A stretch of 27,424 nucleotides of DNA from a virus (taxonomy: Duplodnaviria; Heunggongvirae; Uroviricota; Caudoviricetes). How positions within the stretch are numbered: the stretch's first letter is position 1; every line of letters starts with the position of its first letter. Below are positions 8,724 through 21,624 of this stretch, piece by piece. The notes under the pieces are model-generated. The model had not been told where the DNA came from and did not search any database. It saw only the letters and a program-made list of their open reading frames with translations. The position numbers and the translations under genes were made by a program. The stretch lies in the IMG/VR virus record IMGVR_UViG_2913147268_000004, one strand, 5' to 3'.

Positions 8724-9181
8724 GCAGAATAACCGCGATTATCTCCGCTCTGGTTATCTGCGTCATCGTCTGCCTTTCATGGGCGGTTAATCATTACCGC
8801 GATAACGCGATTACCTACAAAGCCCAGCGCGACAAAAATGCCAGAGAACTGACGCTGGCGAACGCGGCAATTACTGACATACAGATGCGTCAGCGTGATG
8901 TTGCTGCGCTCGATGCAAAATACACGAAGGAGTTAGCTGATGCGAAAGCTGAAAATGATGCTCTGCGTGATGATGTTGCCGCTGGTCGTCGTCGGTTGCA
9001 CATCAAAGCAGTCTGTCAGTCAGTGCGTGAAGCCACCACCGCCTCCGGCGTGGATAATGCAGCCTCCCCCCGACTGGCAGACACCGCTGAACGGGATTAT
9101 TTCACCCTCAGAGAGAGGCTGATCACTATGCAAAAACAACTGGAAGGAACCCAGAAGTATATTAATGAGCAGTGCAGATAG
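8720..9181 (+). CDS. Rz: i-spanin Rz
   Basis: 153-aa translation near-identical to lambda Rz as I recall it; N-terminal TM segment. Confidence 0.95.
   Translation: MSRITAIISALVICVIVCLSWAVNHYRDNAITYKAQRDKNARELTLANAAITDIQMRQRDVAALDAKYTKELADAKAENDALRDDVAAGRRRLHIKAVCQSVREATTASGVDNAASPRLADTAERDYFTLRERLITMQKQLEGTQKYINEQCR
8940..9122 (+). CDS. Rz1: o-spanin Rz1 (lipoprotein, embedded in Rz in +1 frame)
   Basis: 60-aa ORF wholly inside Rz; lipobox VVGC; Pro-rich; matches lambda Rz1 as I recall it. Confidence 0.9.
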   Translation: MRKLKMMLCVMMLPLVVVGCTSKQSVSQCVKPPPPPAWIMQPPPDWQTPLNGIISPSERG

Positions 9182-9212
9182 AGCTGCCCATATCGATGGG
9201 CAACTCATGCAA

Positions 9213-9506
9213 TTATTGTGAGCAATACACACGCGCTTCCAGCGGAGTATAAATGCCTAAAGTAATAAAACCGAGCAATCCATTTACGAATGTTTGCTGG
9301 GTTTCTGTTTTAACAACATTTTCTGCACCACCACAAATTTTTGCTGCATCGACAGTTTTCTTCTGCCCAATTCCCGAAACGAAGAAATGATGGGTGATGG
9401 TTTCCTTTGGTGTTACTGCTGTAGGTTTGTTTCCAACAGTAAACGTCTGTTGAGCACATCCTGTAATAAGCATTGCCAGAGCGGCAGAAAACAACATTTT
9501 TTTCAT
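9213..9506 (-). CDS. bor: Bor lipoprotein (serum-resistance-associated lysogenic conversion protein)
   Basis: 97-aa translation from ATG at 9506 (MKKMLFSAALAMLITGCAQQTFTV…) near-identical to lambda Bor as I recall it. The track ORF extends 16 codons upstream. Confidence 0.9.
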   Translation of the reverse strand: MKKMLFSAALAMLITGCAQQTFTVGNKPTAVTPKETITHHFFVSGIGQKKTVDAAKICGGAENVVKTETQQTFVNGLLGFITLGIYTPLEARVYCSQ

Positions 9507-9986
9507 CTTATTATCCTGCATTGTTAAAAACGGCAGAATCCTATGTGACAACAATTAAACGATAGTTAAATGGATTGATGAAAATTAAAACTACACAGGT
9601 GGGCTCAGACTATTGGAGGAAGTTGGGGACACTCAGAATCCTGTGGAATGAAATAAACCGGTCTATCCGTCCATTACCCTTTTAGCTGCGCTGTATCGTC
9701 GCCGTATTCCCGCATTAACCATGACCGTAGCCCGACGGGGAATTCCTTCTGCGTGAGTGTGCGGGAATAATTAAAAACGATGCACACCGGGTTTTTACCG
9801 CGTTAATGATTCGCGGGTTTATCCCGGTGCGATGGTGGAAGAAACAGGAAGCTGTATTACAGAAAGTGCTACTACTGTATCCCGATGCGATGTATGTAAT
9901 GTGAGTCAGATAATGGCACAGGATGTGGTGATGTGGCAGTCTGGAACACAGGATATATTGTCAGAATAAGACCCGTAGGAATAAAA

Positions 9987-10313
9987 ATGAAAAGACGCCT
10001 TTTACTACTTTTTCTGTTATCTGTCCTGGCAGTGGGATGCTCGCAGCAAAAAGCTGATGAGCCCCGGCAATTAGTGACGGTGTATCCACGATATCCGGAA
10101 TATGCTGCAGCAAATTATATCAAGGGGCTGGTTGAGGTTAAGTTCGATATTGGTGCTGATGGGACTGTGACACGGATCGTTTTTCTCCGCTCAGAGCCTC
10201 ATAATTTGTTTCGTGATGAAGTGGTGAAGGCCATGGCGAAATGGCGATTTGAAAAGAATCGCCCCTGTCAGGGAGTGAAGAGACAATTTATCTTTACGCC
10301 GTCACGTCCTTGA
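9987..10313 (+). CDS. lipoprotein consisting of a TonB C-terminal-like domain
   Basis: ATG 9987 with AGGA SD 6 nt upstream; signal peptide plus lipobox LAVGC; mature region aligns by eye to the E. coli TonB C-terminal domain as I recall it (YP…VEVKFDIGADGTV…NLFRDEVVKAMAKWRFE versus TonB …VKVKFDVTPDGRV…NMFEREVKNAMRRWRYE). Confidence 0.65.
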   Translation: MKRRLLLLFLLSVLAVGCSQQKADEPRQLVTVYPRYPEYAAANYIKGLVEVKFDIGADGTVTRIVFLRSEPHNLFRDEVVKAMAKWRFEKNRPCQGVKRQFIFTPSRP

Positions 10314-10405
10314 TGCTTCCAGGTAGAGAGGGGCTGGAAGCAGGAGAAAAATGAAAGAGCCAGCGGTTATATTTTTGTCATGGCTGACGAGGAATGATGG
10401 AAGAA

Positions 10406-10428
10406 GGCGTTGTATGCCACACAACGCC
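10406..10428. terminator. candidate terminator hairpin downstream of the TonB-C lipoprotein gene
   Basis: GGCGTTGT-atgccac-ACAACGCC perfect 8-bp stem followed on the + strand by a T-rich tract; it overlaps the 3' end of a weak minus-strand ORF, so assignment is uncertain. Confidence 0.3.
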
Positions 10429-10676
10429 TCACTGTTCATTTCTTCTTTTTCTCTGGTGGAACCCGATGAATAAGAGTTGCACTGGTTTCCGATGAGATGG
10501 CGATATACTCGGGCAAAGTATGCTGGCAGTTTTCCAACTGGTCAAAAATACCTGCTCTCGTCTGTTGCAATGCCTGCAGCATGCGGCGGCAATGCGCCTT
10601 GCTTTTACTAACCATCTTTCCTTCCTCTATCAGTCGCTGCGTGAACTCATCATGGAATACCAGGTAAATGCGGATG

Positions 10677-10928
10677 TTATCGGTTTTGGCTACGCAGCAT
10701 AGTACAAAACGGACAGGTGCATCCCGGGACGGGGGAGGCGTCACATGTCCCTGTGATGGTTGTTCCGGGTAATGTACTGTGTGGGGCATAAAAATGTCCG
10801 ATAATTTTACTTTCTACCGCAGTTAGTTGATTCGTTGGTCCTGGTAGCACATTGGGCGAGGATTTAAATGCCAGGCAACTGAAGGATGATGTCGCAAGGG
10901 AGATAGCGAGAATATTTCTGATTTTCAT
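10677..10928 (-). CDS. hypothetical small secreted Cys-rich protein (83 aa)
   Basis: ATG at 10928 preceded by AGAGG SD; predicted Sec signal peptide (MKIRNILAISLATSSFSCLA); rare-codon-rich; overlaps ORFs in other frames, so coding status is uncertain. Confidence 0.35.
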   Translation of the reverse strand: MKIRNILAISLATSSFSCLAFKSSPNVLPGPTNQLTAVESKIIGHFYAPHSTLPGTTITGTCDASPVPGCTCPFCTMLRSQNR

Positions 10929-11076
10929 TTGATGATGCCTCTGTGTGAAATGACGGTAAACGACGCACTTGTGCCGGCACATAATAGCAAGCACCATAAT
11001 AGATCAGATTCGATTCTTGCTGTAAGTGATAATTATTCTCGTTTTCGGGTCCTTTCCGTCGATCCAACAGGTTACG

Positions 11077-11088
11077 GGGCGGCGACCT
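11077..11088 (+). other. cos: cosN cohesive-end site (GGGCGGCGACCT), with cosB (Nu1/IHF binding region) downstream to about 11265
   Basis: Exact lambda 12-nt cohesive end sequence; flanking sequence (…CGGGTTTTCGCTATTTATGAAAATTTTCCGGTTTAAGGCG…) matches the lambda left end as I recall it; immediately upstream of nu1. Confidence 0.85.
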
Positions 11089-11265
11089 CGCGGGTTTTCG
11101 CTATTTATGAAAATTTTCCGGTTTAAGGCGTTTCCGTTCTTCTTCGCCGTAACTTAATGTTTTTATTTAAAACACTCCCTGAAAAGAAAGGAAACGACAG
11201 GTGCTGAAAACGGGCTTTTTGGCCTCTGTCGTTTCCTTTCTCTGTTTTTGTCCGTGGAATGAACA

Positions 11266-11785
11266 ATGGAAGTCAACAAAAAGCAGCTGGCTGACATTTT
11301 CGGCGCGAGTATCCGTACTATTCAGAACTGGCAGGAGCAGGGAATGCCCGTTCTGCGAGGCGGTGGGAAGGGTAATGAGGTGCTTTATGACTCTGCCGAC
11401 GTCATAAAATGGTATGCCGAAAGGGATGCTGAAATTGAGAACGAAAAGCTGCGCCGGGAGGTTGAAGAACTGCGACAGGCCAGCGAGACAGATCTCCAGC
11501 CAGGGACTATTGAGTACGAACGCCATCGACTTACGCGTGCGCAGGCCGACGCACAGGAGCTGAAAAATGCCAGAGACTCCGCTGAAGTGGTGGAAACCGC
11601 ATTCTGTACTTTCGTGCTGTCGCGGATCGCAGGTGAAATTGCCAGTATTCTCGACGGGATCCCCCTGTCGGTGCAGCGGCGTTTTCCGGAACTGGAAAAC
11701 CGACATGTTGATTTCCTGAAACGGGATATCATCAAAGCCATGAACAAAGCAGCCGCGCTGGATGAACTGATACCGGGGTTGCTGA

Positions 11786-11811
<26 letters not shown>
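11266..11811 (+). CDS. nu1: terminase small subunit Nu1
   Basis: 181-aa translation near-identical to lambda Nu1 as I recall it. Confidence 0.95.
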
Positions 11812-15492
<3,681 letters not shown>

Positions 15493-15512
<20 letters not shown>

Positions 15513-16812
15513 TCTCCCGCATATTGCCAGTATGGCCTTTAATGAGCCGCTGATGCTTGAACCCGCCTATGCGCGGGTTTTCTTTTGTGCGCTTGCAGGC
15601 CAGCTTGGGATCAGCCGCCTGACGGATGCGGTATCCGGCGACAGCCTGACTGCCGGAGAGGCACCCGCGGCGCTGGCGTTATCCGTTGATGATGACGGAC
15701 CACGACAGGCCCGCAGTTATCAGGTCATGAACGGCATCGCCGTGCTGCCGGTGTCCGGCACGCTGGTCAGTCGGACGCGAGCGCTGCAGCCGTATTCGGG
15801 GATGACCGGTTACAACGGCATTATCGCCCGTCTGCAACAGGCTGCCAGCGACCCGATGGTGGACGGCATTCTGCTCGATATGGATACGCCAGGCGGGATG
15901 GTGGCAGGGGCATTTGACTGCGCTGACATCATCGCCCGTGTGCGTGACATAAAGCCGGTATGGGCGCTGGCCAACGACATGAACTGCAGTGCAGGTCAGT
16001 TGCTTGCCAGCGCCGCCTCCCGACGTCTGGTCACGCAGACCGCCCGGACAGGCTCCATCGGCGTCATGATGGCTCACAGTAATTACGGTGCTGCGCTGGA
16101 GAAACAGGGCGTGGAAATCACGCTGATTTACAGCGGCAGCCATAAGGTGGATGGCAACCCCTACAGCCATCTACCGGATGATGTCCGGGAAACACTGCAG
16201 TCCCGGATGGATGCAACCCGCCGGATGTTTGCACAGAAGGTGTCGGCATATACCGGCCTGTCCGTGCAGGCTGTGCTGGATACCGAGGCTGCAGTGTACA
16301 GCGGTCAGGAGGCCATTGATGCCGGACTGGCTGATGAACTTGTTAACAGTACCGATGCGATCACCGTCATGCGTGATGCACTGGATGCACGTAAATCCCG
16401 TCTCTCAGGAGGGCGAATGACCAAAGAGACTCAATCAACAACTGTTTCAGCCACTGCTTCGCAGGCTGACGTTACTGGCGTGGTGCCAGCGACGGAGGGC
16501 GAGAACGCCAGCGCTGCGCAGCCGGACGTGAACGCGCAGATCACCGCAGCGGTTGCGGCAGAAAACAGTCGCATTATGGGGATCCTCAACTGTGAGGAAG
16601 CTCACGGACGCGAAGAACAGGCACGCGTGCTGGCCGAAACCCCTGGTATGACCGTGGAAACGGCCCGCCGCATTCTGGCAGTTGCACCACAGAGTGCACA
16701 GGCGCGCAGTGACACTGCGCTGGATCGTCTGATGCAGGGGGCACCGGCACCGCTGGCTGCAGGTAACCTGGCATCTGATGCCGTTAACGATTTGCTGAAC
16801 ACACCAGTGTAA
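15493..16812 (+). CDS. C: head maturation protease / minor capsid protein C
   Basis: 439-aa frame from GTG 15493 (TAELRNLPHIASMAF…) matches lambda gpC as I recall it. The track ORF begins at an upstream in-frame ATG at 15358, inside B. Confidence 0.85.
16417..16812 (+). CDS. nu3: scaffolding protein Nu3 (in-frame internal start within C)
   Basis: ATG 16417 in the C frame gives a 131-aa product ending at the C stop, as in lambda; established lambda gene arrangement. Confidence 0.7.
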   Translation: MTKETQSTTVSATASQADVTGVVPATEGENASAAQPDVNAQITAAVAAENSRIMGILNCEEAHGREEQARVLAETPGMTVETARRILAVAPQSAQARSDTALDRLMQGAPAPLAAGNLASDAVNDLLNTPV

Positions 16813-16821
16813 GGGATGTTT

Positions 16822-17154
16822 ATGACGAGCAAAGAAACCTTTACCCATTACCAGCCGCTGGGCAACAGTGACCCGGCTCATACCGCAACCGCGCCCGGCG
16901 GATTGAGTGCGAAAGCGCCTGCAATGACCCCGCTGATGCTGGACACCTCCAGCCGTAAGCTGGTTGCGTGGGATGGCACCACCGACGGTGCTGCCGTTGG
17001 CATTCTTGCGGTTGCTGCTGACCAGACCAGCACCACGCTGACGTTCTACAAGTCCGGCACGTTCCGTTATGAGGATGTGCTCTGGCCGGAGGCTGCCAGC
17101 GACGAGACGAAAAAACGGACCGCGTTTGCCGGAACGGCAATCAGCATCGTTTAA
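16822..17154 (+). CDS. D: head decoration protein D
   Basis: 110-aa translation ([12 protein letters not shown]…) near-identical to lambda gpD as I recall it. Confidence 0.95.
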   Translation: MTSKETFTHYQPLGNSDPAHTATAPGGLSAKAPAMTPLMLDTSSRKLVAWDGTTDGAAVGILAVAADQTSTTLTFYKSGTFRYEDVLWPEAASDETKKRTAFAGTAISIV

Positions 17155-17174
17155 CTTTACCCTTCATCACTAAA

Positions 17175-17196
17175 GGCCGCCTGTGCGGCTTTTTTT
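17175..17196 (+). terminator. intrinsic terminator/attenuator hairpin between D and E
   Basis: GGCCGC-ctgt-GCGGC stem followed by TTTTTTT, directly between the D stop and the E start. Confidence 0.55.
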
Positions 17197-17209
17197 ACGG
17201 GATTTTTTT

Positions 17210-18235
17210 ATGTCGATGTACACAACCGCCCAGCTGCTGGCGGCAAATGAGCAGAAATTTAAGTTTGATCCGCTGTTTCTGCGTCTCTTTTTCCGTGAGA
17301 GCTATCCCTTCACCACGGAGAAAGTCTATCTCTCACAAATTCCGGGACTGGTAAACATGGCGCTGTACGTTTCGCCGATTGTTTCCGGTGAGGTTATCCG
17401 TTCCCGTGGCGGCTCCACCTCTGAATTTACGCCGGGATATGTCAAGCCGAAGCATGAAGTGAATCCGCAGATGACCCTGCGTCGCCTGCCGGATGAAGAT
17501 CCGCAGAATCTGGTGGACCCGGCTTACCGCCGCCGTCGCATCATCATGCAGAACATGCGTGACGAAGAGCTGGCCATTGCTCAGGTCGAAGAGATGCAGG
17601 CAGTTTCTGCCGTGCTTAAGGGCAAATACACCATGACCGGTGAAGCCTTCGATCCGGTTGAGGTGGATATGGGCCGCAGTGAGGAGAATAACATCACGCA
17701 GTCCGGCGGCACGGAGTGGAGCAAGCGTGACAAGTCCACGTATGACCCGACCGACGATATCGAAGCCTACGCGCTGAACGCCAGCGGTGTGGTGAATATC
17801 ATCGTGTTCGATCCGAAAGGCTGGGCGCTGTTCCGTTCCTTCAAAGCCGTCAAGGAGAAGCTGGATACCCGTCGTGGTTCTAATTCCGAGCTGGAGACAG
17901 CGGTGAAAGACCTGGGTAAAGCGGTGTCCTATAAGGGGATGTATGGCGATGTGGCCATCGTCGTGTATTCCGGACAGTACGTGGAAAACGGCGTCAAAAA
18001 GAACTTCCTGCCGGACAACACGATGGTGCTGGGGAACACTCAGGCACGCGGTCTGCGCACCTATGGCTGCATTCAGGATGCGGACGCACAGCTCGAAGGC
18101 ATTAACGCCTCTGCCCGTTACCCGAAAAACTGGGTGACCACCGGCGATCCGGCGCGTGAGTTCACCATGATTCAGTCAGCACCGCTGATGCTGCTGGCTG
18201 ACCCTGATGAGTTCGTGTCCGTACAACTGGCGTAA
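17210..18235 (+). CDS. E: major capsid protein E
   Basis: 341-aa translation from MSMYTTAQLL… near-identical to lambda gpE as I recall it. Confidence 0.95.
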   Translation: MSMYTTAQLLAANEQKFKFDPLFLRLFFRESYPFTTEKVYLSQIPGLVNMALYVSPIVSGEVIRSRGGSTSEFTPGYVKPKHEVNPQMTLRRLPDEDPQNLVDPAYRRRRIIMQNMRDEELAIAQVEEMQAVSAVLKGKYTMTGEAFDPVEVDMGRSEENNITQSGGTEWSKRDKSTYDPTDDIEAYALNASGVVNIIVFDPKGWALFRSFKAVKEKLDTRRGSNSELETAVKDLGKAVSYKGMYGDVAIVVYSGQYVENGVKKNFLPDNTMVLGNTQARGLRTYGCIQDADAQLEGINASARYPKNWVTTGDPAREFTMIQSAPLMLLADPDEFVSVQLA

Positions 18236-18276
18236 TCATGGCCCTTCGGGGCCATTGTTTCTCTGTGGAGGAGTCC

Positions 18277-18675
18277 ATGACGAAAGATGAACTGATTGCC
18301 CGTCTCCGCTCGCTGGGTGAACAACTGAACCGTGATGTCAGCCTGACGGGGACGAAAGAAGAACTGGCGCTCCGTGTGGCAGAGCTGGAAGAGGAGCTTG
18401 ATGACACGGATGAAACTGCCGGTCAGGACACCCCTCTCAGCCGGGAAAATGTGCTGACCGGACATGAAAATGAGGTGGGATCAGCGCAGCCGGATACCGT
18501 GATTCTGGATACGTCTGAACTGGTCACGGTCGTGGCACTGGTGACGCTGCATACTGATGCACTTCACGCCACGCGGGATGAACCTGTGGCATTTGTGCTT
18601 CCGGGAACGGCGTTCCGTGTCTCTGCCGGTGTGGCAGCCGAAATGACAGAACGTGGCCTGGCCAGAATGCAATAA
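18277..18675 (+). CDS. FI: DNA packaging protein FI
   Basis: 132-aa translation from MTKDELIARLRSLGEQL… matches lambda gpFI as I recall it. Confidence 0.9.
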   Translation: MTKDELIARLRSLGEQLNRDVSLTGTKEELALRVAELEEELDDTDETAGQDTPLSRENVLTGHENEVGSAQPDTVILDTSELVTVVALVTLHTDALHATRDEPVAFVLPGTAFRVSAGVAAEMTERGLARMQ

Positions 18676-18686
18676 CGGGAGGCGCT

Positions 18687-19040
18687 GTGGCTGATTTCGA
18701 TAACCTGTTCGATGCTGCCATTGTCCGCGCCGATGAAACGATACGCGGGTACATGGGAACGTCAGCCACCATGACATCCGGTGAGCAGTCCGGCGCAGTA
18801 ATACGTGGTGTTTTTGATGACCCTGAAAATATCAGCTATGCCGGACAGGGCGTGCGCGTTGAAGGCTCCAGCCCGTCCCTGTTTGTCCGGACTGATGATG
18901 TGCGGCAGCTGCGGCGCGGCGACACGCTGACCATCGGTGAGGAAAACTTCTGGATAGACCGGATTTCGACGGATGATGGCGGAAGCTGTCATCTCTGGCT
19001 TGGGCGTGGCGTGCCGCCTGCCGTTAACCGTCGTCGCTGA
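18687..19040 (+). CDS. FII: head-tail connector protein FII
   Basis: 117-aa translation matches lambda gpFII as I recall it. Confidence 0.9.
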   Translation: MADFDNLFDAAIVRADETIRGYMGTSATMTSGEQSGAVIRGVFDDPENISYAGQGVRVEGSSPSLFVRTDDVRQLRRGDTLTIGEENFWIDRISTDDGGSCHLWLGRGVPPAVNRRR

Positions 19041-19051
19041 AGGGGGGATGT

Positions 19052-19630
19052 ATGGCCATAAAAGGTCTTGAGCAGGCCGTTGAAAACCTCAGCCGTATCA
19101 GCAGAACGGCGGTGCCCGGTGCCGCCGCAATGGCCATTAACCGCGTTGCTTCATCCGCGATATCGCAGTCGGCGTCACAGGTTGCCCGTGAGACAAAGGT
19201 ACGCCGGAAACTGGTAAAGGAAAGGGCCAGGCTGAAAAGGGCCACGGTCAAAAATCCGCAGGCCAGAATCAAGGTTAACCGGGGGGATTTGCCCGTAATC
19301 AGGCTGGGTAACGCGCGGGTTGTCCTGTCCCGACGCAGGCGTCGTAAAAAGGGGCAGCGTTCATCCCTGAAAGGTGGCGACAGCGTGCTTGTGGTGGGAA
19401 ACCGTCGTATTCCCGGCGCGTTTATTCAGCAACTGAAAAATGGCCGATGGCATGTCATGCAGCGTGTGGCCGGGAAAAACCGTTACCCCATTGATGTGGT
19501 GAAAATCCCGATGGCAGTGCCGCTGACCACGGCGTTTAAACAGAATATTGAGCGGATACGGCGTGAACGTCTTCCGAAAGAGCTGGGCTATGCGCTGCAG
19601 CATCAACTGAGGATGGTAATAAAGCGATGA
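19052..19630 (+). CDS. Z: tail completion protein Z
   Basis: 192-aa translation matches lambda gpZ as I recall it. Confidence 0.9.
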   Translation: MAIKGLEQAVENLSRISRTAVPGAAAMAINRVASSAISQSASQVARETKVRRKLVKERARLKRATVKNPQARIKVNRGDLPVIRLGNARVVLSRRRRRKKGQRSSLKGGDSVLVVGNRRIPGAFIQQLKNGRWHVMQRVAGKNRYPIDVVKIPMAVPLTTAFKQNIERIRRERLPKELGYALQHQLRMVIKR

Positions 19631-20022
19631 AACATACAGAACTCCGTGCAGCCGTACTGGATGCACTGGAAAAACATGACACCGGGGCGACGCTTTTTGA
19701 TGGTCGCCCCGCTGTTTTTGATGAGGAGGATTTTCCGGCAGTTGCCGTTTATCTCACCGGCGCTGAATACACGGGCGAAGAGCTGGACAGCGATACCTGG
19801 CAGGCGGAGCTGCATATTGAAGTTTTCCTGCCTGCTCAGGTGCCGGATTCAGAGCTGGATTCGTGGATGGAGTCCCGGATTTATCCGGTGATGAGCGATG
19901 TCCCGGCACTGTCAGATTTGATCACCAGTATGGTGGCCAGTGGCTATGACTACCGGCGCGACGATGATGCGGGCCTGTGGAGTTCAGCCGATCTGACTTA
20001 TGTCATTACCTATGAAATGTGA
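19627..20022 (+). CDS. U: tail terminator protein U
   Basis: 131-aa translation matches lambda gpU as I recall it. Confidence 0.9.
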   Translation: MKHTELRAAVLDALEKHDTGATLFDGRPAVFDEEDFPAVAVYLTGAEYTGEELDSDTWQAELHIEVFLPAQVPDSELDSWMESRIYPVMSDVPALSDLITSMVASGYDYRRDDDAGLWSSADLTYVITYEM

Positions 20023-20029
20023 GGACGAT

Positions 20030-20770
20030 ATGCCTGTACCAAATCCAGTAATGCCGGTGAAAGGGGCCGGGACCACCCTGTGGGTTTATAAGGGGAACGG
20101 TGACCCTTATGCGAACCCGCTTTCAGACGTTGACTGGTCGCGTCTGGCTAAAGTTAAAGACCTGACGCCCGGCGAACTGAGCGCTGAGTCCTATGACGAC
20201 AGCTATCTCGATGATGAAGATGCGGACTGGACTGCGACCGGGCAGGGGCAGAAATCTGCCGGAGATACCAGCTTCACGCTGGCGTGGATGCCCGGAGAGC
20301 AGGGGCAGCAGGCGCTGCTGGCGTGGTTTAATGAAGGGGATACCCGTGCCTATAAAATCCGCTTCCCGAACGGCACGGTCGATGTGTTCCGCGGCTGGGT
20401 CAGCAGTATCGGTAAGGCGGTGACGGCGAAGGAAGTGATCACCCGCACGGTGAAAGTCACCAACGTGGGACGTCCGTCGATGGCAGAAGATCGCAGCACG
20501 GTGACGGCGACAACCGGCATGACGGTGACACCCGCCAGTGCTTCCGTAGTGAAAGGGCAGAGCACTACGCTGACCGTGGCATTCCAGCCGGAGGGCGCAA
20601 CCGACAAGAGCTTCCGTGCGGTGTCTGCGGATAAAACAAAAGCCACCGTGTCGGTCAGCGGTATGACCATCACCGTGAACGGCGTTGCTGCAGGCAAGGT
20701 CAACATTCCGGTTGTATCCGGTAATGGTGAGTTTGCTGCGGTTGCAGAAATCACCGTCACCGCCAGTTAA
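20030..20770 (+). CDS. V: major tail tube protein V
   Basis: 246-aa translation from [18 protein letters not shown]… matches lambda gpV as I recall it. Confidence 0.95.
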   Translation: MPVPNPVMPVKGAGTTLWVYKGNGDPYANPLSDVDWSRLAKVKDLTPGELSAESYDDSYLDDEDADWTATGQGQKSAGDTSFTLAWMPGEQGQQALLAWFNEGDTRAYKIRFPNGTVDVFRGWVSSIGKAVTAKEVITRTVKVTNVGRPSMAEDRSTVTATTGMTVTPASASVVKGQSTTLTVAFQPEGATDKSFRAVSADKTKATVSVSGMTITVNGVAAGKVNIPVVSGNGEFAAVAEITVTAS

Positions 20771-20785
20771 TCCGGAGAGTCAGCG

Positions 20786-21208
20786 ATGTTCCTGAAAACC
20801 GAATCATTTGAATATAACGGCGTGACCGTCACGCTTTCTGAACTGTCAGCCCTGCAGCGTATTGAGCATCTTGCCCTGATGAAACGGCAGGCAGAACCGG
20901 CGGGATCCGACAGCAACCGGCAGGTTACTGTGGAAGACGTCATCAGAACCGGCGCGTTTCTGGTGGCGATGTCCCTGTGGCATAACCATCCGAAGAAGAC
21001 GCAGATGCCGTCCATGAATGAAGCCGTTAAACAGATTGAGCAGGAAGTGCTTACCACCTGGCCCACAGAGGCAATTTCTCATGCTGAAAACGTGGTGTAC
21101 CGGCTGTCCGGTATGTATGAGTTTGTGGTGAATAATGCCCCCGAACAGGCAGAGGACGCCGGGCCTGCAGAGCCTGTTTCTGCGGGAAAGTGTTCGACGG
21201 TGAGCTGA
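20786..21208 (+). CDS. G: tail assembly chaperone G
   Basis: 140-aa translation matches lambda gpG as I recall it. Confidence 0.9.
   Translation: MFLKTESFEYNGVTVTLSELSALQRIEHLALMKRQAEPAGSDSNRQVTVEDVIRTGAFLVAMSLWHNHPKKTQMPSMNEAVKQIEQEVLTTWPTEAISHAENVVYRLSGMYEFVVNNAPEQAEDAGPAEPVSAGKCSTVS
21184..21190 (+). other. programmed -1 ribosomal frameshift slippery site (GGGAAAG) producing the G-T fusion
   Basis: Heptamer G GGA AAG near the 3' end of G; a -1 shift enters the T frame. This mechanism is established for lambda G/T. Confidence 0.8.
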
Positions 21209-21624
21209 GTTTTGCCCTGAAACTGGCGCGTGAGATGGGGCGACCCGACTGGCGTGCCATGCTTGCCGGGATGTCATCCACGGAGTATGCCGACTGGCAC
21301 CGCTTTTACAGTACCCATTATTTTCATGATGTTCTGCTGGATATGCACTTTTCCGGGCTGACGTACACCGTGCTCAGCCTGTTTTTCAGCGATCCGGATA
21401 TGCATCCGCTGGATTTCAGTCTGCTGAACCGGCGCGAGGCTGACGAAGAGCCTGAAGATGATGTGCTGATGCAGAAAGCGGCAGGGCTTGCCGGAGGTGT
21501 CCGCTTTGGCCCGGACGGGAATGAAGTTATCCCCGCTTCCCCGGATGTGGCGGACATGACGGAGGATGACGTAATGCTGATGACAGTATCAGAAGGGATC
21601 GCAGGAGGAGTCCGGTATGGCTGA
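21190..21624 (+). CDS. T: tail assembly protein T (made as G-T fusion via -1 frameshift)
   Basis: 144-codon frame continuing from the slippery site; matches lambda gpT as I recall it. Confidence 0.85.
   Translation: MFDGELSFALKLAREMGRPDWRAMLAGMSSTEYADWHRFYSTHYFHDVLLDMHFSGLTYTVLSLFFSDPDMHPLDFSLLNRREADEEPEDDVLMQKAAGLAGGVRFGPDGNEVIPASPDVADMTEDDVMLMTVSEGIAGGVRYG

Noticed and set aside
10436-10789. 117-aa minus-strand ORF
   Set aside because: Its 5' half overlaps the better-supported 83-aa secreted-protein ORF in another frame; only the 3' 59 codons (10436..10615), which have their own strong SD, are a plausible gene, and that remains uncertain.
10929-11126. Plus-strand ORF (65 aa) spanning cosN
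   Set aside because: Crosses the cohesive-end site and the cosB region; no SD; lambda has no gene here as far as I recall.
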